A stretch of 64,000 bases of DNA, taken from Burkholderiales bacterium (GTDB taxonomy: Bacteria > Pseudomonadota > Gammaproteobacteria > Burkholderiales > Burkholderiaceae_E). Each line of letters opens with the position of its first letter. Within the stretch, counting starts at the first letter, position 1. Shown one piece after another: positions 16,391 to 25,698 of this stretch. The notes beneath the pieces were generated by a model. The model did no database searches. It had not been told where the DNA came from and worked only from the letters and a program-made list of their open reading frames with translations. The position numbers and the translations under genes are program-made. The stretch covers positions 1,996 through 65,995 of the forward strand of contig JADCHE010000036.1 of assembly GCA_020248665.1 (NCBI GenBank). Direction: 5' to 3'.

Positions 16391-19369
16391 ATGTTCGCAC
16401 GCGCGCTACGGCGTATGTCGAACTTCGTCTCACGAACAATCGCAGCGATCTCTATGCTGGCGGTTGTGACCGGCGTTGGCTTGGCTCACCTGCTTTTATC
16501 GGGCCCTGACTCTTCATACACGGGCACGCGCGTTGAGATACGTCACGCTGGAGGGCTCGACAGCAAGGCTGGCCTCTCGGACGCTCTCGCAGTTCTGAGA
16601 TCGACCACGGCCATCGCAGGCGAAGCTCGAACGAACCGCTCCGAGCTTCCTTACTGGCTACTTGCAGATGTGCCGATCCCTCGGGACGGAGACGCACGGT
16701 CGGTTCACCTGCCGTCACGACACGCGCAGTCGGTAAGGATCTGGTTACTCGACGAAGACGGCGAGGTCTTGATCACTGGAAGTGCCGTTCGCGGCAGTGA
16801 CTCCGGTGACATCAAGGCCCGACGCGCAGGGTTCAGCTTCGACATTCCGACTTTCTCCCGCGCGGTCACCGTTGTTGCTCGGATCGAATCAACAGGGCCT
16901 GCGCGTCTCTCCGTCGAGATCTGGAAAACGGCTGATATTGTCGCCGCCTCCCGCCAGTTCGATCAATCGGGCGGAGTTCTGTTCGGCAGCCTTCTAATGG
17001 TCGCCGCCTTCGGCACACTGACGTCGATGCTTACCCGAGACTGGGTATTCTTTATCTTCGCGGCGTGGACCATTGCAAGCCTCCGATTCGCGTCTTACTC
17101 GAGCGGATGGGACCTCGCATGGCTGGGCCTCCCAACGGCAGAAGACTATCCACGGCTGGTTCGCAATATCCCATTGGCGATCTACGCGGTCCTAACGGTG
17201 GCGCTGTTTCATGGCATCTTCAAGAAAGACATCGCTCGCCTCCGAGTTGGTTCGCACATCCGGGTTTTCGTTGTCTTGGCTGGAGCACTCCTGTTAGCTG
17301 CCCCAGTTTTGCCGCACCAGCATTTTCTTCCGGTCCTTTGGTTAGTTAGTGGGCCTTGCTTGGCGTATCTGATGTGGACGACGCTTCGCATCATCTCAGG
17401 AACCGGGTCGTCGGCCGCGATTTGGTACTGTGCTTCTTGGCTAACCACACTCGCTGGATCAGTTGGAGAAATTGCCTTCGCGTCGGGGATCGTTCCGAAG
17501 ATGCCCGTACTGATAAACAGCCTATCTGGAGCTGTGTTCTCTACGTTGCTTGCGGGAATATCTCTTGCCGAACGGATCAACTCGGAAAGAATGCGGCGCG
17601 TATCTGCCCAGACGCGAGCAGTCGAGGTGTTGAAGCGCTTCCAAGAGAACTACAACTCGATGCCGATCGGACTCTTCAGCCTCGACTCGAGAGGTGTGAT
17701 TCGTCTCCACAATCCGTCCTTCATGCAGATGTTCGCCCTAAAGCGTGAACCAGACTCGGAGGTAGAGCTCGAGATCGACTACCTGCTTGGGGAAGGAACC
17801 TTCTCGAGACTTCAGGATGCAGCGGCACACAGCAGCGGCAATGACATCGAGCTACATTTACCGAGCGACCAAGGTGCTGGGCGTTGGTTCCTCGCGAGGG
17901 TCACTCGCAAAGGCGAGTCGATAGAGGGCTCTGTTCAAGATATCACGACACGTAAGCTGGCAGAAGGGCAGCTCAAACACCTCGTTGATCACGACCACCT
18001 AACTGGCCTACTAAATCGTCGAGGACTAGAGGGGACTCTCAGTCGAGCAATCAGCAGTGTAGGTGAGGGCGGCCGATGCGCGATCGCGTATGTCGACCTC
18101 GATCGCTTCAAGCTAATCAACGATCTGCACGGGCACGGCACGGGTGACGCACTGATTCAGCAAACCGCCCGACGACTGAAGTCTGCGGTACGTGCGAGGG
18201 ATCATGTTGCTCGCTTCGCCGATGGTTTTGTTGTCATATTCATGGACTGCCCCGAACACGTCGTCGTCGGTCTGACCGAGCGTATCCGCGAAGTCGTCGG
18301 TGAGTTGCCGTTCGAGGTCAACGGCAAGGGCCTGAACATGACCGTCAGCGTCGGCGTGGTCTCGATCGACCCGTCGATGTCGTCGGTCGACGCGATGGCG
18401 GCGGCAGACCGGGCGTGCAACGAGGCGAAGGCGCGAGGCCGAAATTGTGTCGTTCGACTGACCGACAAGGATGCGGCGCTGCGGATGCACCTCGAGGAAC
18501 TCAAGGTCGTCGCGGACCTGCAGAAGCGGGTGCAGACGGAACGCTACTTCCTCGAGTTCCAGCCGATCGTGGCGCTGCAGTCGGCGATGGCGTCGACGAG
18601 CTACGAGGTCCTGATCCGGATGCGCGGCGAAGGCGGCCGGGTCATTCCGCCGGGCAAGTTCATCGGGGCGGCCGAGCGCAACGGCCTGATGTCGCAGATC
18701 GACCGGTGGGTGCTTCGCAGCACGCTCGAGTGGCTGGACGATCACCCGGACCATCGGGACCGGCTCGCGTTCGCCACGATCAACATCAGCGGTGCGTCGC
18801 TCAACGACATCCGCTTCGTCGACGATGCGTTCGCGATGATCGCCGAGCATCCGCTCGCGATGCCGAAGCTCTGCTTCGAGATCACGGAGAGCGTGGCGCT
18901 GCACGACCTGGGGTCGACGCGGCGCTTCTTCGATCGGGTGAGGATGTACGGGAGCAAGCTGGCGCTCGACGACTTCGGCGCGGGCTACACCTCCTTCAAT
19001 TACCTGAAGGAGATCCCGGCGGACTTCATCAAGATCGACGGCAGCTTCGTCAAGGAGATCAACCGGAACCCGGCCAACTACGCGATCACGAGGATGATCG
19101 TCGACCTGACGCACGAACTGGGCATGCGGAGCATCGCGGAATGGGCGGAGACGCCGGACACGATCGCGTCCCTGATCCAGCTGGGCGTCGACTACGGCCA
19201 GGGCTTCGGCCTCGCGCGTCCGATGGCTCCGGAGATCGTGACGGCGGCCACTTCGGGCGGAGCGCTCGTCAACGACCCGCTGGTGCTGACCCTGCTGCAG
19301 GACGGCACGGCGGGGGCCGCGATCGGAGCTGCGACGGGTCAAGGGCGCCGCCGCCAGATCGCTCGCTGA
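16391..19369 (+). CDS. 7TMR-DISM-type receptor with PAS, a degenerate GGDEF domain and an EAL domain (probable c-di-GMP phosphodiesterase)
   Basis: N-terminal periplasmic domain plus about 7 helices; a PAS-like segment; a GGDEF domain whose signature reads RFADGF instead of GGDEF (about 18210-18236). The EAL domain has YEVLIR, DDFGAGYTSFNYL, KIDGSFV, and AEWAETPD...GVDYGQGF. Confidence 0.85.
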   Translation: MFARALRRMSNFVSRTIAAISMLAVVTGVGLAHLLLSGPDSSYTGTRVEIRHAGGLDSKAGLSDALAVLRSTTAIAGEARTNRSELPYWLLADVPIPRDGDARSVHLPSRHAQSVRIWLLDEDGEVLITGSAVRGSDSGDIKARRAGFSFDIPTFSRAVTVVARIESTGPARLSVEIWKTADIVAASRQFDQSGGVLFGSLLMVAAFGTLTSMLTRDWVFFIFAAWTIASLRFASYSSGWDLAWLGLPTAEDYPRLVRNIPLAIYAVLTVALFHGIFKKDIARLRVGSHIRVFVVLAGALLLAAPVLPHQHFLPVLWLVSGPCLAYLMWTTLRIISGTGSSAAIWYCASWLTTLAGSVGEIAFASGIVPKMPVLINSLSGAVFSTLLAGISLAERINSERMRRVSAQTRAVEVLKRFQENYNSMPIGLFSLDSRGVIRLHNPSFMQMFALKREPDSEVELEIDYLLGEGTFSRLQDAAAHSSGNDIELHLPSDQGAGRWFLARVTRKGESIEGSVQDITTRKLAEGQLKHLVDHDHLTGLLNRRGLEGTLSRAISSVGEGGRCAIAYVDLDRFKLINDLHGHGTGDALIQQTARRLKSAVRARDHVARFADGFVVIFMDCPEHVVVGLTERIREVVGELPFEVNGKGLNMTVSVGVVSIDPSMSSVDAMAAADRACNEAKARGRNCVVRLTDKDAALRMHLEELKVVADLQKRVQTERYFLEFQPIVALQSAMASTSYEVLIRMRGEGGRVIPPGKFIGAAERNGLMSQIDRWVLRSTLEWLDDHPDHRDRLAFATINISGASLNDIRFVDDAFAMIAEHPLAMPKLCFEITESVALHDLGSTRRFFDRVRMYGSKLALDDFGAGYTSFNYLKEIPADFIKIDGSFVKEINRNPANYAITRMIVDLTHELGMRSIAEWAETPDTIASLIQLGVDYGQGFGLARPMAPEIVTAATSGGALVNDPLVLTLLQDGTAGAAIGAATGQGRRRQIAR

Positions 19370-19373
19370 CGGC

Positions 19374-19404
19374 GCTTGCCGGCAGACCGCGAGGTCCGGC
19401 AAGC
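19374..19404 (+). terminator. hairpin after the GGDEF/EAL gene
   Basis: GCTTGCCGG-13 nt-CCGGCAAGC, 5 nt after the stop. There is no U-tract. Confidence 0.35.
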
Positions 19405-19488
19405 ACGCTCGCGCCCGCGCAGCCCGCGAGACGGGGCAATCTCGCTCAGGCGATATGATTGGGCTCCCCGGTCGCGCCGAGTCGCCCC

Positions 19489-20334
19489 ATGTCATCGCCC
19501 TCCCTGCCCGCCGCGGTGCCCGCCGCGCTCTATGACCATCCCGTCGCGGCCGCGCTCCTGAACGAGGCGCTCACGCTCCTCGGGGACGGTATCTCCGCCG
19601 AGGCGATCGAGGCGGCTGGCGTTTCCGCGGGGCTTCCCTGCGGCCCGCTGGCGGTCCTCGATGCCGTGTCCCTGGACGTCGTGGATCACGCGCTGCACGC
19701 TCAGATGGACGCGCCGGGGCACGGGCATTCGCATGGCCACGGACACGCCCATGGTCACGACCACCACCACGACCACGCGCACGGCCACGACCACTCGCAC
19801 GATCACGGGCATCGTCACGATCACGGTCACTCGCACGACGCGGGCCACGGGCACGGGCACGACTACGGCGACCACTCGCACGACCACGGCCATGCGCACG
19901 CCCCGGCCCCGAAGCGCCCCGCCCTCCCGGAATCCGCGATCTACGTCGTCGAGAAGATGGCGCACGGCTACAAGCGGTCCGGGCGCGGGGCGGGCAAAGG
20001 CTTCTACGATCACGAGGCGCAGCCGCCGGCGCTCTGGTCGGGCCTGAAGACCTTCGAGCGCCGCTCGAAGCAACTGCCCGCCGACGACGTCCGCGATCGC
20101 CTCGTCTACGCCGCACTGTCGGCCGCGCTCGGCGTCGACGCATCCATCCCCCTGCCGCCGGGCTTCGCCCAGGCGTTCGGCGCGGCGGTGCCCGCGAACG
20201 CCACCGAGGCGGTCGCCCGCGTCGGCGCGCTCGGCGCGCCGGCGTTCACGACCCGCGCCGCCGCGCTCGCCGAGCGCTTCGGGCCGCGCTTCGAACCGTC
20301 CGGCGAGGCGCTCGCCCGGCTCGAGTCGCGCTGA
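19489..20334 (+). CDS. stand-alone 3-hydroxyacyl-CoA dehydrogenase C-terminal-domain protein with an internal His-rich insert
   Basis: LNEALTLLGDGISAEAIEAAGVSAGLPCGPLAVLDAVSLDVV and VVEKMAHGYKRSGRGAGKGFYDH resemble the C-terminal helical domains of FadB/FadJ-type enzymes. There is no Rossmann N-domain. I prefer ATG 19489 over TTG 19459. Confidence 0.65.
   Translation: MSSPSLPAAVPAALYDHPVAAALLNEALTLLGDGISAEAIEAAGVSAGLPCGPLAVLDAVSLDVVDHALHAQMDAPGHGHSHGHGHAHGHDHHHDHAHGHDHSHDHGHRHDHGHSHDAGHGHGHDYGDHSHDHGHAHAPAPKRPALPESAIYVVEKMAHGYKRSGRGAGKGFYDHEAQPPALWSGLKTFERRSKQLPADDVRDRLVYAALSAALGVDASIPLPPGFAQAFGAAVPANATEAVARVGALGAPAFTTRAAALAERFGPRFEPSGEALARLESR
19717..19899 (+). repeat. His-rich low-complexity coding tract (HGH/DH dipeptide repeats)
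   Basis: Translates to GHGHSHGHGHAHGHDHHHDHAHGHDHSHDHGHRHDHGHSHDAGHGHGHDYGDHSHDHGHAH. It is built from reiterated CAC/CAT-GGC/GAC codons. Confidence 0.9.
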
Positions 20335-20347
20335 GGGAGCGGCCTCG

Positions 20348-21112
20348 GTGATCGACGTCGCGTCCGACGGGCCGGTCCGCATCGTCACCCTCGACCGGCG
20401 CGAGGCCCGCAACGCGGTCGACCGTCCGACGGCCGAGCGGCTCGCCGACGCGTTCCGCGCGTTCGACGCGGACCCTTCGGCCTCGGTGGCGGTGTTCGCC
20501 GGCGCGCACGGCACGTTCTGCGCCGGCGCGGACCTCAAGGCGATGGCGGACCCGGCGCGACGCAACCGGCTGGAGCCCGTCGGCGACGGTCCGATGGGCC
20601 CCTCCCGGATGCTGCTCTCCAAGCCGGTGATCGCGGCGGTGGCGGGCCACGCGGTGGCGGGCGGCGCGGAGCTCGCGCTCTGGTGCGACCTTCGGGTGTT
20701 CGAGGAGAGCGCGGTCTTCGGCATCTTCTGCCGGCGATTCGGCGTGCCGCTGATCGACGGCGGCACGGTGCGGCTGCCACGGCTGATCGGCCTGTCGCGG
20801 GCGCTGGACCTGATCCTCACCGGGCGACCAGTCGATGCGCGGGAGGCCCTGGCGATCGGCATCGCGAACCGCGTGGTGCCCGACGGCACGGCGCGCGACG
20901 CGGCCGTCGCGCTCGCGCACGAGCTCGCCCGACTGCCCCAGGCCTGCCTGCGCAACGACCGGCTCTCGGCCTACGAGCAGGCGGAGCTGGACCTGGAGGC
21001 TGCCCTCTCGAACGAGTTCGAGCGGGGACTGGCCACGATCGCCACCGGCGAGCACCTCGCCGGCGCGGCCCGCTTCGCGGCCGGCAGCGGCCGCCACGGC
21101 ACGCCCGCCTGA
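20348..21112 (+). CDS. enoyl-CoA hydratase/isomerase (crotonase) family protein
   Basis: RNAVDRPTAERL...FCAGADLKA...PVIAAVAGHAVAGGAELALWCDLRV is the crotonase oxyanion-hole pattern. GTG start. Confidence 0.85.
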   Translation: MIDVASDGPVRIVTLDRREARNAVDRPTAERLADAFRAFDADPSASVAVFAGAHGTFCAGADLKAMADPARRNRLEPVGDGPMGPSRMLLSKPVIAAVAGHAVAGGAELALWCDLRVFEESAVFGIFCRRFGVPLIDGGTVRLPRLIGLSRALDLILTGRPVDAREALAIGIANRVVPDGTARDAAVALAHELARLPQACLRNDRLSAYEQAELDLEAALSNEFERGLATIATGEHLAGAARFAAGSGRHGTPA

Positions 21113-21143
21113 CCCTTTCCTGTCATTCCAACGATCGGACTCC

Positions 21144-22817
21144 ATGAACGCACCCGTCGCCGCCACCACGTTCCGACGCGAGAAGCTGCTGCACGGCTGG
21201 CGCGAGCCGGTGGTTCCGCGCCCCGCGGCCACCATCCTGCTACTGCGAGACTCGGCCGAGGGCCTGCAGGTGTTGATGACGCGTCGCTCCTCTACGGCGA
21301 GCTTCGCGCCGGGCGCCTACGTGTTCCCCGGCGGCGCGCTCGACGAGGCGGACAAGTCGGATGCGGCGGTCGACTGCGCCCGCGCCCGTGCGGACCAGGA
21401 CGACCCGCACCGGCACTATGCGGCCGCCGCGCTGCGCGAGGCCTTCGAGGAGCTCGGCGTCCTGCTCGCCTACCGGCGCGGCACCGACGAGCCGGTGGAC
21501 CCGGCCGCGATCGCGACGATGGACCGCACGCACGACGGCGACCTGTACGCGCAGCTCACGCGCGCAGGCCTCGAGCTCGCGATCGACCGCACCGGCTGGT
21601 TGTCGCACTGGATCACCGACCGCGACCTGCCCAAGCGCTTCGACGTGCGCTTCTTCGTCGCGCCGATGCCCGCCGGCCAGGAGGCGATCGCGGACGGTGC
21701 GGAGCAGTTCGAGCCGGTGTGGGTCAACCCGGCCGATGCGCTCGCGCGCCACGAGCAGGGCACGTTCAGCATGATCTTCCCGACGATCCGCACGCTGCGA
21801 CAGCTGCAGCGCTTCGGTACCGTCGCGCAGGTGCTCGAGGCCTGCCGCGCGCAGACCTCGGTGTTCACCTCGTGCCCGCGCGGCGGCAAGGTGGCGGGCA
21901 AGGACACGCGCTTCACCGAGGACGAGATGGCCTTCGGGGAGCTCGAGATGGTCTCGCCCGACGGGCAGGTCGTGCACGCGCTCGACTGGCGCACCGACGA
22001 GGTGGTGCGGCTGCGCCGGAACGTGCTCAGGCTGACCGCGCCCAATCCCGGGATGATGACCGGCCCGGGCACGAATACCTACATCGTCGGCGAGGACGGC
22101 GCGTGGATCGTCATCGATCCGGGCCCGCCGGACCGTGCACATGTCGAGCGCATCGCCGCGGCGGTGCGCGGCGGGCTGCAGGCGATCGTCTGCACGCACT
22201 CGCACCCCGACCACTCGCCGGCCGCACCGATGCTGCGCGAGGCGCTCGGCCGCGACGTGCCGATCCTGGGACTCGCCTCGCGTCCGACCGCACGCGCGCA
22301 CTCGAGCTTCGTGCCCGACCGCGAGCTCGCCGACGGCGAGCGGCTGCGCGTCGGTGACTCGACGCTGCGCGTGGTGCACACCCCGGGCCACGCGGCCAAC
22401 CACCTGTGCCTGGTCCTCGAAGAGGACCGGCTGCTGTTCTCGGGCGACCACGTGCTCAACGGCTCGACGACGGTGGTCGACCCGCCCGACGGCAACATGA
22501 GGGAGTACCTCGACTCGCTGGAGCGGCTCGCGGCCGAGCCGGTCGACTTCATCCTGCCGGCGCACGGCCACGTGCTCGCGCCGGCGGTCGGCGCGATGCG
22601 CAAGCTGGTCGCGCACCGGCTCGGGCGCGAGGCGAAGGTCGCGGGCGCGCTCGCGCGCTCGGGCGGCGGCACGCTGGACGACCTGGTGCCCTCGGCCTAC
22701 GACGACGTGAAGCCCGCCCTCTTCCCGGTCGCGAAGCGCTCGCTGCTCGCGCACCTCGAGAAGCTCGTCGAGGACGGGCGTGCGCGCCGCGACGGAGAGC
22801 GCTGGCTGCCGGCCTGA
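21144..22817 (+). CDS. NUDIX hydrolase-like domain fused to an MBL-fold metallo-hydrolase
   Basis: The N-terminus (YVFPGGALDEADKS...REAFEELGV) is a Nudix-box-like segment. The C-terminal half has the metallo-beta-lactamase motif THSHPDHS and later HTPGHAANH and AHG. ATG at 21144 lies within ORF 20835..22817. Confidence 0.75.
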   Translation: MNAPVAATTFRREKLLHGWREPVVPRPAATILLLRDSAEGLQVLMTRRSSTASFAPGAYVFPGGALDEADKSDAAVDCARARADQDDPHRHYAAAALREAFEELGVLLAYRRGTDEPVDPAAIATMDRTHDGDLYAQLTRAGLELAIDRTGWLSHWITDRDLPKRFDVRFFVAPMPAGQEAIADGAEQFEPVWVNPADALARHEQGTFSMIFPTIRTLRQLQRFGTVAQVLEACRAQTSVFTSCPRGGKVAGKDTRFTEDEMAFGELEMVSPDGQVVHALDWRTDEVVRLRRNVLRLTAPNPGMMTGPGTNTYIVGEDGAWIVIDPGPPDRAHVERIAAAVRGGLQAIVCTHSHPDHSPAAPMLREALGRDVPILGLASRPTARAHSSFVPDRELADGERLRVGDSTLRVVHTPGHAANHLCLVLEEDRLLFSGDHVLNGSTTVVDPPDGNMREYLDSLERLAAEPVDFILPAHGHVLAPAVGAMRKLVAHRLGREAKVAGALARSGGGTLDDLVPSAYDDVKPALFPVAKRSLLAHLEKLVEDGRARRDGERWLPA

Positions 22818-22861
22818 CGGCGCGACGCCGCGGCCCGCGAGGCCGGGCTCCGGACGAAGAA

Positions 22862-22893
22862 GACCCCCGAGGGGCTCGCGCCCGTCGGGGGTC
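22862..22893 (-). terminator. intrinsic terminator of pnp (shared convergent spacer)
   Basis: The minus strand reads GACCCCCGA-14 nt-TCGGGGGTC followed by TTCTTCGT. It lies 43 nt after the pnp stop. Confidence 0.55.
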
Positions 22894-22935
22894 GTGGCGA
22901 CGCGGAAGCGGCCCGCAGGCCGCCCGCCGCGGGGA

Positions 22936-25062
22936 TCAGCCCGCGTTCGCCGCCGCTGCGTCCTGCTGCGCGGCCGCCTTCATCGACAGGCGCAGCCGAC
23001 CCTTGTCGTCGGCCTCGATGACCTTGACGCGGATGACCTGGCCTTCCTTGACGTAGTCGGCGACCTTCTCGACGCGCTCGTTGGCGATCTGAGAGATGTG
23101 CAGCAGGCCGTCGCGGCCCGGCAGGATCTGGACGATCGCGCCGAACTCGAGCAGCTTGAGCACCGTGCCCTCGTAGACCTTGCCCATCTCGACCTCCGCG
23201 GTCAGGTCCTCGATGCGCTTGCGCGCCCGGGCCGCCGCCTCGGCGTCGATCGCGGCGATGGTGATGTCGCCGGTGTCCTTGATGTCGATCGTGGTGCCGG
23301 TCTCCTCCGTGATCGCACGGATGGTGGCGCCGCCCTTGCCGATCACGTCGCGGATCCGCTCGGGGTTGATCTTCATCGTGTACATCCGCGGCGCGAAATC
23401 CGAGAGCTCGGCGCGCGCGCCGCCGATCGCGGCCTTCATCTTCTCGAGGATGTGCAGCCGGGCCTCGCGGGCCTGCGCCAGCGCGACCTGCATGATCTCC
23501 TTGGTGATGCCCTGGATCTTGATGTCCATCTGCAGGGCGGTGATGCCGGCGTCGGTGCCGGCCACCTTGAAGTCCATGTCGCCGAGGTGGTCCTCGTCGC
23601 CGAGGATGTCGGTCAGCACGGCGAAGCGGTTGCCGTCCTTGATCAGGCCCATCGCGATGCCGGCGATGTGCTTGTCGATCGGCACGCCGGCGTCCATGAG
23701 CGCGAGGCAGCCGCCGCACACCGAGGCCATCGACGAGGAGCCGTTCGACTCGGTGATCTCGGAGACCACGCGCAGCGAGTAGGCGAACTCGGTGACCGGC
23801 GGGATCAGTGCGGCGAGCGCGCGCTTGGCCAGCCGCCCGTGGCCGACCTCGCGGCGCTTCGGCGCACCGAAGCGGCCGGTCTCGCCGGTGGCGAACGGCG
23901 GCATGTTGTACTGGAGCATGAAGCGCTCGCGGTACTCGCCGGTGATCGCGTCGATGATCTGCTCGTCGCGCGCGGTGCCGAGGGTCGCGACCACGAGGGC
24001 CTGCGTCTCGCCCCGGGTGAAGAGCGCCGAGCCGTGCGAGCGCGGCAGCACGCCGGTGCGGATGCTGATCGGGCGCACGGTGCGGGTGTCGCGGCCGTCG
24101 ATGCGCGGCTCGCCGGACAGGATCCGGCTGCGGACGATCTTCGACTGCAGGTCGTACAGGACGTTGCCGACGGTGTTCGAGTCGGGGGCACCCTTGCCCG
24201 CGGCGGCCGCCTCTTCGGCGACCTTCGCGGCGGCGGCGCTCTCGACGGCGCGGATCTTGTGCGTGCGTTCCTGCTTGTTGCGCAGCGCGTAGGCAGCGCG
24301 CATGTCGGCCTCGGCGAGCTCGGTGACGCGGGCGATCAGCGCCTCGTCGCGGGCCGGCGGCTGCCAGTCCCACTCGGGCTTGCCGGCGATCTCGACGAGC
24401 TCGTCGATCGCCTTGATCACCGCCTGCATCTGGTCGTGGCCGTAGACCACGGCGCCGAGCATCACGTCCTCGGGCAGCTGGTTCGCCTCGGACTCGACCA
24501 TCATCACGGCGGAGTCGGTGCCGGCCACGACGAGATCGAGCTTGCTGTCGGGCAGCTGCGACGCGTTCGGGTTCAGCAGGTACTGGCCGTCGACGTAGCC
24601 GACGCGGCACGCGCCGATCGGGCCGTTGAACGGGATGCCGGAGATCGCCAGCGCGGCCGACGCGCCGATCATCGCCGGGATGTCGGAATCCACCTCGGGA
24701 TTGCTCGACAGCACGTGGACGATGATCTGGACCTCGTTGTAGAAGCCGTCCGGGAACAGCGGCCGCAGCGGCCGGTCGATCAGGCGGCAGGTCAGGATCT
24801 CCTTCTCCGTCGGGCGGCCCTCGCGCTTGAAGAAGCCGCCCGGGATGCGACCCGCGGCGTAGAACTTCTCGACGTAGTCGACCGTCAGCGGGAAGAAGTC
24901 CTGCCCCGGCTTGGCGTTCTTCTGGCCGACCACGGTGGCGAGCACCACGGTGTCGTCCATCGTGACCATCACGGCGCCGCTCGCCTGGCGAGCGACCTCG
25001 CCGGTCTCCAGCGTCAGCGTGTGCTGGCCCCACTGGATCGTTTTCTTCGCGATCTCAAACAC
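22936..25062 (-). CDS. pnp: polyribonucleotide nucleotidyltransferase (PNPase)
   Basis: Full-length match to the PNPase architecture (two RNase PH domains, KH, S1): [44 protein letters not shown], and the S1 segment [33 protein letters not shown]. Confidence 0.97.
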   Translation of the reverse strand: MFEIAKKTIQWGQHTLTLETGEVARQASGAVMVTMDDTVVLATVVGQKNAKPGQDFFPLTVDYVEKFYAAGRIPGGFFKREGRPTEKEILTCRLIDRPLRPLFPDGFYNEVQIIVHVLSSNPEVDSDIPAMIGASAALAISGIPFNGPIGACRVGYVDGQYLLNPNASQLPDSKLDLVVAGTDSAVMMVESEANQLPEDVMLGAVVYGHDQMQAVIKAIDELVEIAGKPEWDWQPPARDEALIARVTELAEADMRAAYALRNKQERTHKIRAVESAAAAKVAEEAAAAGKGAPDSNTVGNVLYDLQSKIVRSRILSGEPRIDGRDTRTVRPISIRTGVLPRSHGSALFTRGETQALVVATLGTARDEQIIDAITGEYRERFMLQYNMPPFATGETGRFGAPKRREVGHGRLAKRALAALIPPVTEFAYSLRVVSEITESNGSSSMASVCGGCLALMDAGVPIDKHIAGIAMGLIKDGNRFAVLTDILGDEDHLGDMDFKVAGTDAGITALQMDIKIQGITKEIMQVALAQAREARLHILEKMKAAIGGARAELSDFAPRMYTMKINPERIRDVIGKGGATIRAITEETGTTIDIKDTGDITIAAIDAEAAARARKRIEDLTAEVEMGKVYEGTVLKLLEFGAIVQILPGRDGLLHISQIANERVEKVADYVKEGQVIRVKVIEADDKGRLRLSMKAAAQQDAAAANAG

Positions 25063-25141
25063 GTGCTTTCCTCTCTTTCGCTCTTTCAGTTCCCGCGCGG
25101 TCGTCCGGCGGCGCGGTTCGCCTCGATCACCACAAACGAAA

Positions 25142-25162
25142 ATGCCCGCGTCGAGCGGGCAT
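25142..25162 (-). terminator. rpsO terminator/attenuator hairpin in the rpsO-pnp spacer
   Basis: The minus strand reads ATGCCCGC-tcgac-GCGGGCAT followed by TTTTCGTTT. Its position between rpsO and pnp matches the known rpsO-pnp organisation. Confidence 0.65.
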
Positions 25163-25258
25163 CCTCGTGCGTTCGGAGCCGGGCGGCGACCGGGGCCGCC
25201 GGGGCCGGAGGCCCCCCATCGGCCCGAATCTCGGTCGGTACCGCCCGGACGGTCGTCA

Positions 25259-25528
25259 TCACTTGCGCAGGCCGAGACGCTCGATCAGCGCCTTGTAGCC
25301 CTCGGGGTTGCGACCCTTCAGGTAGTCGAGCAGCTTGCGGCGGCGGCTGACCATCTTCAGCAGGCCGCGACGCGAGTGGTGATCCTTCGCGTGCGTCTTG
25401 AAGTGGCCGGTCAGCTCGTTGATGCGCGCGGTGAGCAGCGCGACCTGCACTTCCGGCGAACCCGTGTCGTTCTGGGCGCGCTGGTAGTCGGCGACGATCT
25501 TCGCCTTGTCGATTTCGGCAACGGACAT
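25259..25528 (-). CDS. rpsO: 30S ribosomal protein S15
   Basis: [71 protein letters not shown]... (89 aa). It forms the 3' end of spurious long ORF 25259..27613. Confidence 0.97.
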   Translation of the reverse strand: MSVAEIDKAKIVADYQRAQNDTGSPEVQVALLTARINELTGHFKTHAKDHHSRRGLLKMVSRRRKLLDYLKGRNPEGYKALIERLGLRK

Positions 25529-25624
25529 GATTTCCCTTGATGACTTGCGGCTGGCGCCGGGATGCGCCGCCGTGCGGTTGGACCCTTCGTCCTGCCCCCG
25601 GAAAGCCGGATCCAGAACCGGCGG

Positions 25625-25653
25625 AGTATAGCCGATCGGCCCCCGCCGACCAA
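25625..25653 (-). promoter_or_regulatory. candidate sigma70 promoter of rpsO
   Basis: The minus strand reads TTGGTC (25653-25648), 17 nt, TATACT (25630-25625). This would leave a leader of about 90 nt before the rpsO ATG. Confidence 0.45.
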
Positions 25654-25698
25654 ACCGCGCGGGCGGCCGCCGGGGCACAGCGCGCCCCGGGCGGCCGG

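Noticed and set aside
19717-19899. Repetitive DNA in the His-rich tract as a CRISPR-like or tandem-repeat (VNTR) element.
   Set aside because: The repeats are degenerate 6-nt codon pairs inside an open reading frame with no spacer/repeat periodicity. This is a coding low-complexity tract, not an array.
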